From Carcharhinus longimanus (taxonomy: Eukaryota): 64,000 nucleotides of DNA. Positions 62,360 through 64,000 of this stretch are shown here, piece after piece. The stretch lies in the NCBI GenBank assembly GCA_030264375.1, contig JASCQW010000099.1:54218022-54282021 (forward strand), given 5' to 3'. The translations under genes and the position numbers were made by a program. Numbering within the stretch: the first letter of the stretch is position 1; each line of letters begins with the position of its first letter. A model generated the notes under the pieces. It had not been told where the DNA came from and ran no database searches. It saw only the letters and a program-made list of their open reading frames with translations.

Positions 62360-62684
62360 GGTGGCACAATGGCACAGTGGTTAGCACTGTTGCCTCACAG
62401 TGCCAGGGACCTGCGTTCAATTCCGGCCTCAGGTGACTGTGTGGAGTTTGCACATTCTCTCTTGTCTGCGTGGATTTCCTCTGGGTGCCCAGTTTCCTCC
62501 CACAGTCCAAAGATGTGCAGGTTAGGTTGATTTGCCGTGCTAAATTAACTCGAGTGTCAAGGGGATTAGCAAGGTAAGTATGAAGGGTTGCAGGAATAGG
62601 GCCTGGGTAGGATTATGGTAGTTGCAGACTCAATGGGCTGAATTGCCTCCTTCTGCACTGCAGGGATTCTATGGTCCTATGATT
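62360..62684 (+). mobile_element. HE1-like V-SINE, tail type A
   Basis: Complete head, V-domain and tail gcctccttctgcactgcagggattctatgg. Confidence 0.93.
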
Positions 62685-62944
62685 TGACACAAACAATATC
62701 ATACTCTTGAGAAATGCTGTTCATTTTCATAGGACTACTCAAGTTTGTGTTTCTGCAGCCTCCTGTCTTCATAAATGACTGGACATGATTAAGTTCACTG
62801 TGGTATTGTCAAGAAACGACAGACACACAGCCATGTTACCCCAAGAAAGAGGTAACAAAGCTTATGAGTACGAGCGGGAGTTACTAAGGAGAGTCTTGAT
62901 AAATCCCCAGGTGGAAAGAGAATCATTCACAAAGCGGGTTACCC

Positions 62945-63270
62945 TAAACCTATAATCTAGACTGACCCTCTGGTGCAGTGCTTCACTGTTGGAGATGCTG
63001 CCCTATGGATAAGATGTTAAATGGAGACATTATCTCTGTTCTGGTGGTTCAAATAGATGTTAAAGATCTTATCGCACTAATCAAAGAGATCAAAGATTTT
63101 TTGGTTTCTGGCCAACATTCTAAATTAATGCCAGCAATAAGAAATTAATTGAATTGCTCTCCTTGCTGCCTTTGGGATGCTGTCCTATACTGCTACATCT
63201 GCCTGCATAGCAACTACAGTTACACTCAATGTAATATTTGATTATGGAAGACATTTTCGTGAGGGACATC
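62945..63270 (+). mobile_element. Old DeuSINE fragment
   Basis: cagtgcttcactgttggagatgctgcc...gatgttaaa...gatgttaaagatc...ctggccaacatt. Confidence 0.55.
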
Positions 63271-63539
63271 ACAGCTAAACCCAATCTTGCCTGCACTTCT
63301 GTGTATTTTCAAAAGGACTGGCAAGATATCAATCACAATTGGAAACCCTCACTAATTCATAATCTAAAGGCCGATTGTGACTGCTTTGGCTCAGCAGATA
63401 TGGGAGTTTGATAGTATGTACGGCTCAATATCCACTGGATTAGCTCAGTGGACTGTCAGAGTAGTATTGGGTCGATGAGATAACAGCTTAACAAAGGGAA
63501 GGGAAAACAAAATTTCGGTTTGGGTTAGTCGGTGCCAAT

Positions 63540-63925
63540 TGTGCCTCTAAAATAAAATGGTTTGGAGTTCAAACTACTCCAGAGCCTGACTGAGTAAGCT
63601 GGGCAGCAGTACAGGGAGTACTACAGAGGAAACATTTGAATGCAACTTTAAATCAAAGCCCAATCTGTTTGATCAATTGCACTTAAAAAAGATCTCCTAG
63701 AACTATTTGAGGCAAGGCATGAAGTGGGAGCAACATCCTTCCCTCAACCTGCACCATCCAGTGGAGATAAGCTGCTCATTTATTGTAGTGGAAGCCTTGT
63801 TATGTGCAAACTAGGCTATTGCATTTAACTATACAACATCGACTGCAACCCAAAAATAAACTAGTGGCTTTAATTAGAATATTTTAAGTTTTGAGAAGAT
63901 GTGATGAAATCCAGATTTTTCTTTC
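63540..63925 (+). mobile_element. Old DeuSINE
   Basis: gagttcaaactactccagag...gcagtacagggagtactac...ccttgttatgtgcaaactaggct...acaacatcgactgcaac. Confidence 0.55.
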
Positions 63926-64000
63926 AGAGAGGAAATTAAAAATTAATCACAGAATGTCACAGAAATCCGTATGCCGAATCACTTCCTGTTTATCTGTATG

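Noticed and set aside
1-64000. Short ORFs of the six-frame track as host genes
   Set aside because: Most overlap SINEs (recurrent AQWLALLPH and CEAAVLTT peptides), decayed LINEs or N-gaps. None resembles a host protein I recognise, and many begin at non-ATG codons.

Overview
This is a vertebrate, most likely shark (elasmobranch), non-coding window of intergenic or deep-intronic sequence with several scaffold gaps. I recognise no intact host protein-coding gene, rRNA, true tRNA gene or CRISPR array. The ORF track is almost entirely SINE or LINE read-through, gap-spanning frames or chance. Much of the window is retroposon debris. There are about 17 V-domain tRNA-SINEs (HE1-like) with two alternative 3' tails, a second tRNA-SINE family, DeuSINE-like copies and one LF-SINE-like copy. 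LINE fragments belong to CR1, L2, Tx1 and Rex1/Babar. There is also an internally deleted Gypsy element, intron-containing Harbinger-type Myb/SANT gene relics, and Penelope-type foldback elements. Repeat-poor blocks (about 5-11 kb, 30-31.4 kb, 40.4-42.5 kb, 57.3-60.4 kb) look like conserved non-coding elements of a developmental-gene regulatory landscape; this is inference and I could not identify the gene. The best leads are a foldback element whose two arms each carry a decayed minimal hammerhead ribozyme (34.5-35.1 kb), two U2-snRNA-derived repeats with foreign sequence in the branch-point-recognition region, LINE-tail swapping in the V-SINEs, a 123-bp templated insertion inside a SINE, and an orphan well-formed exon at 59279-59402. 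Family names come from my recognition of motifs, not from database searches, and most repeat boundaries are approximate.
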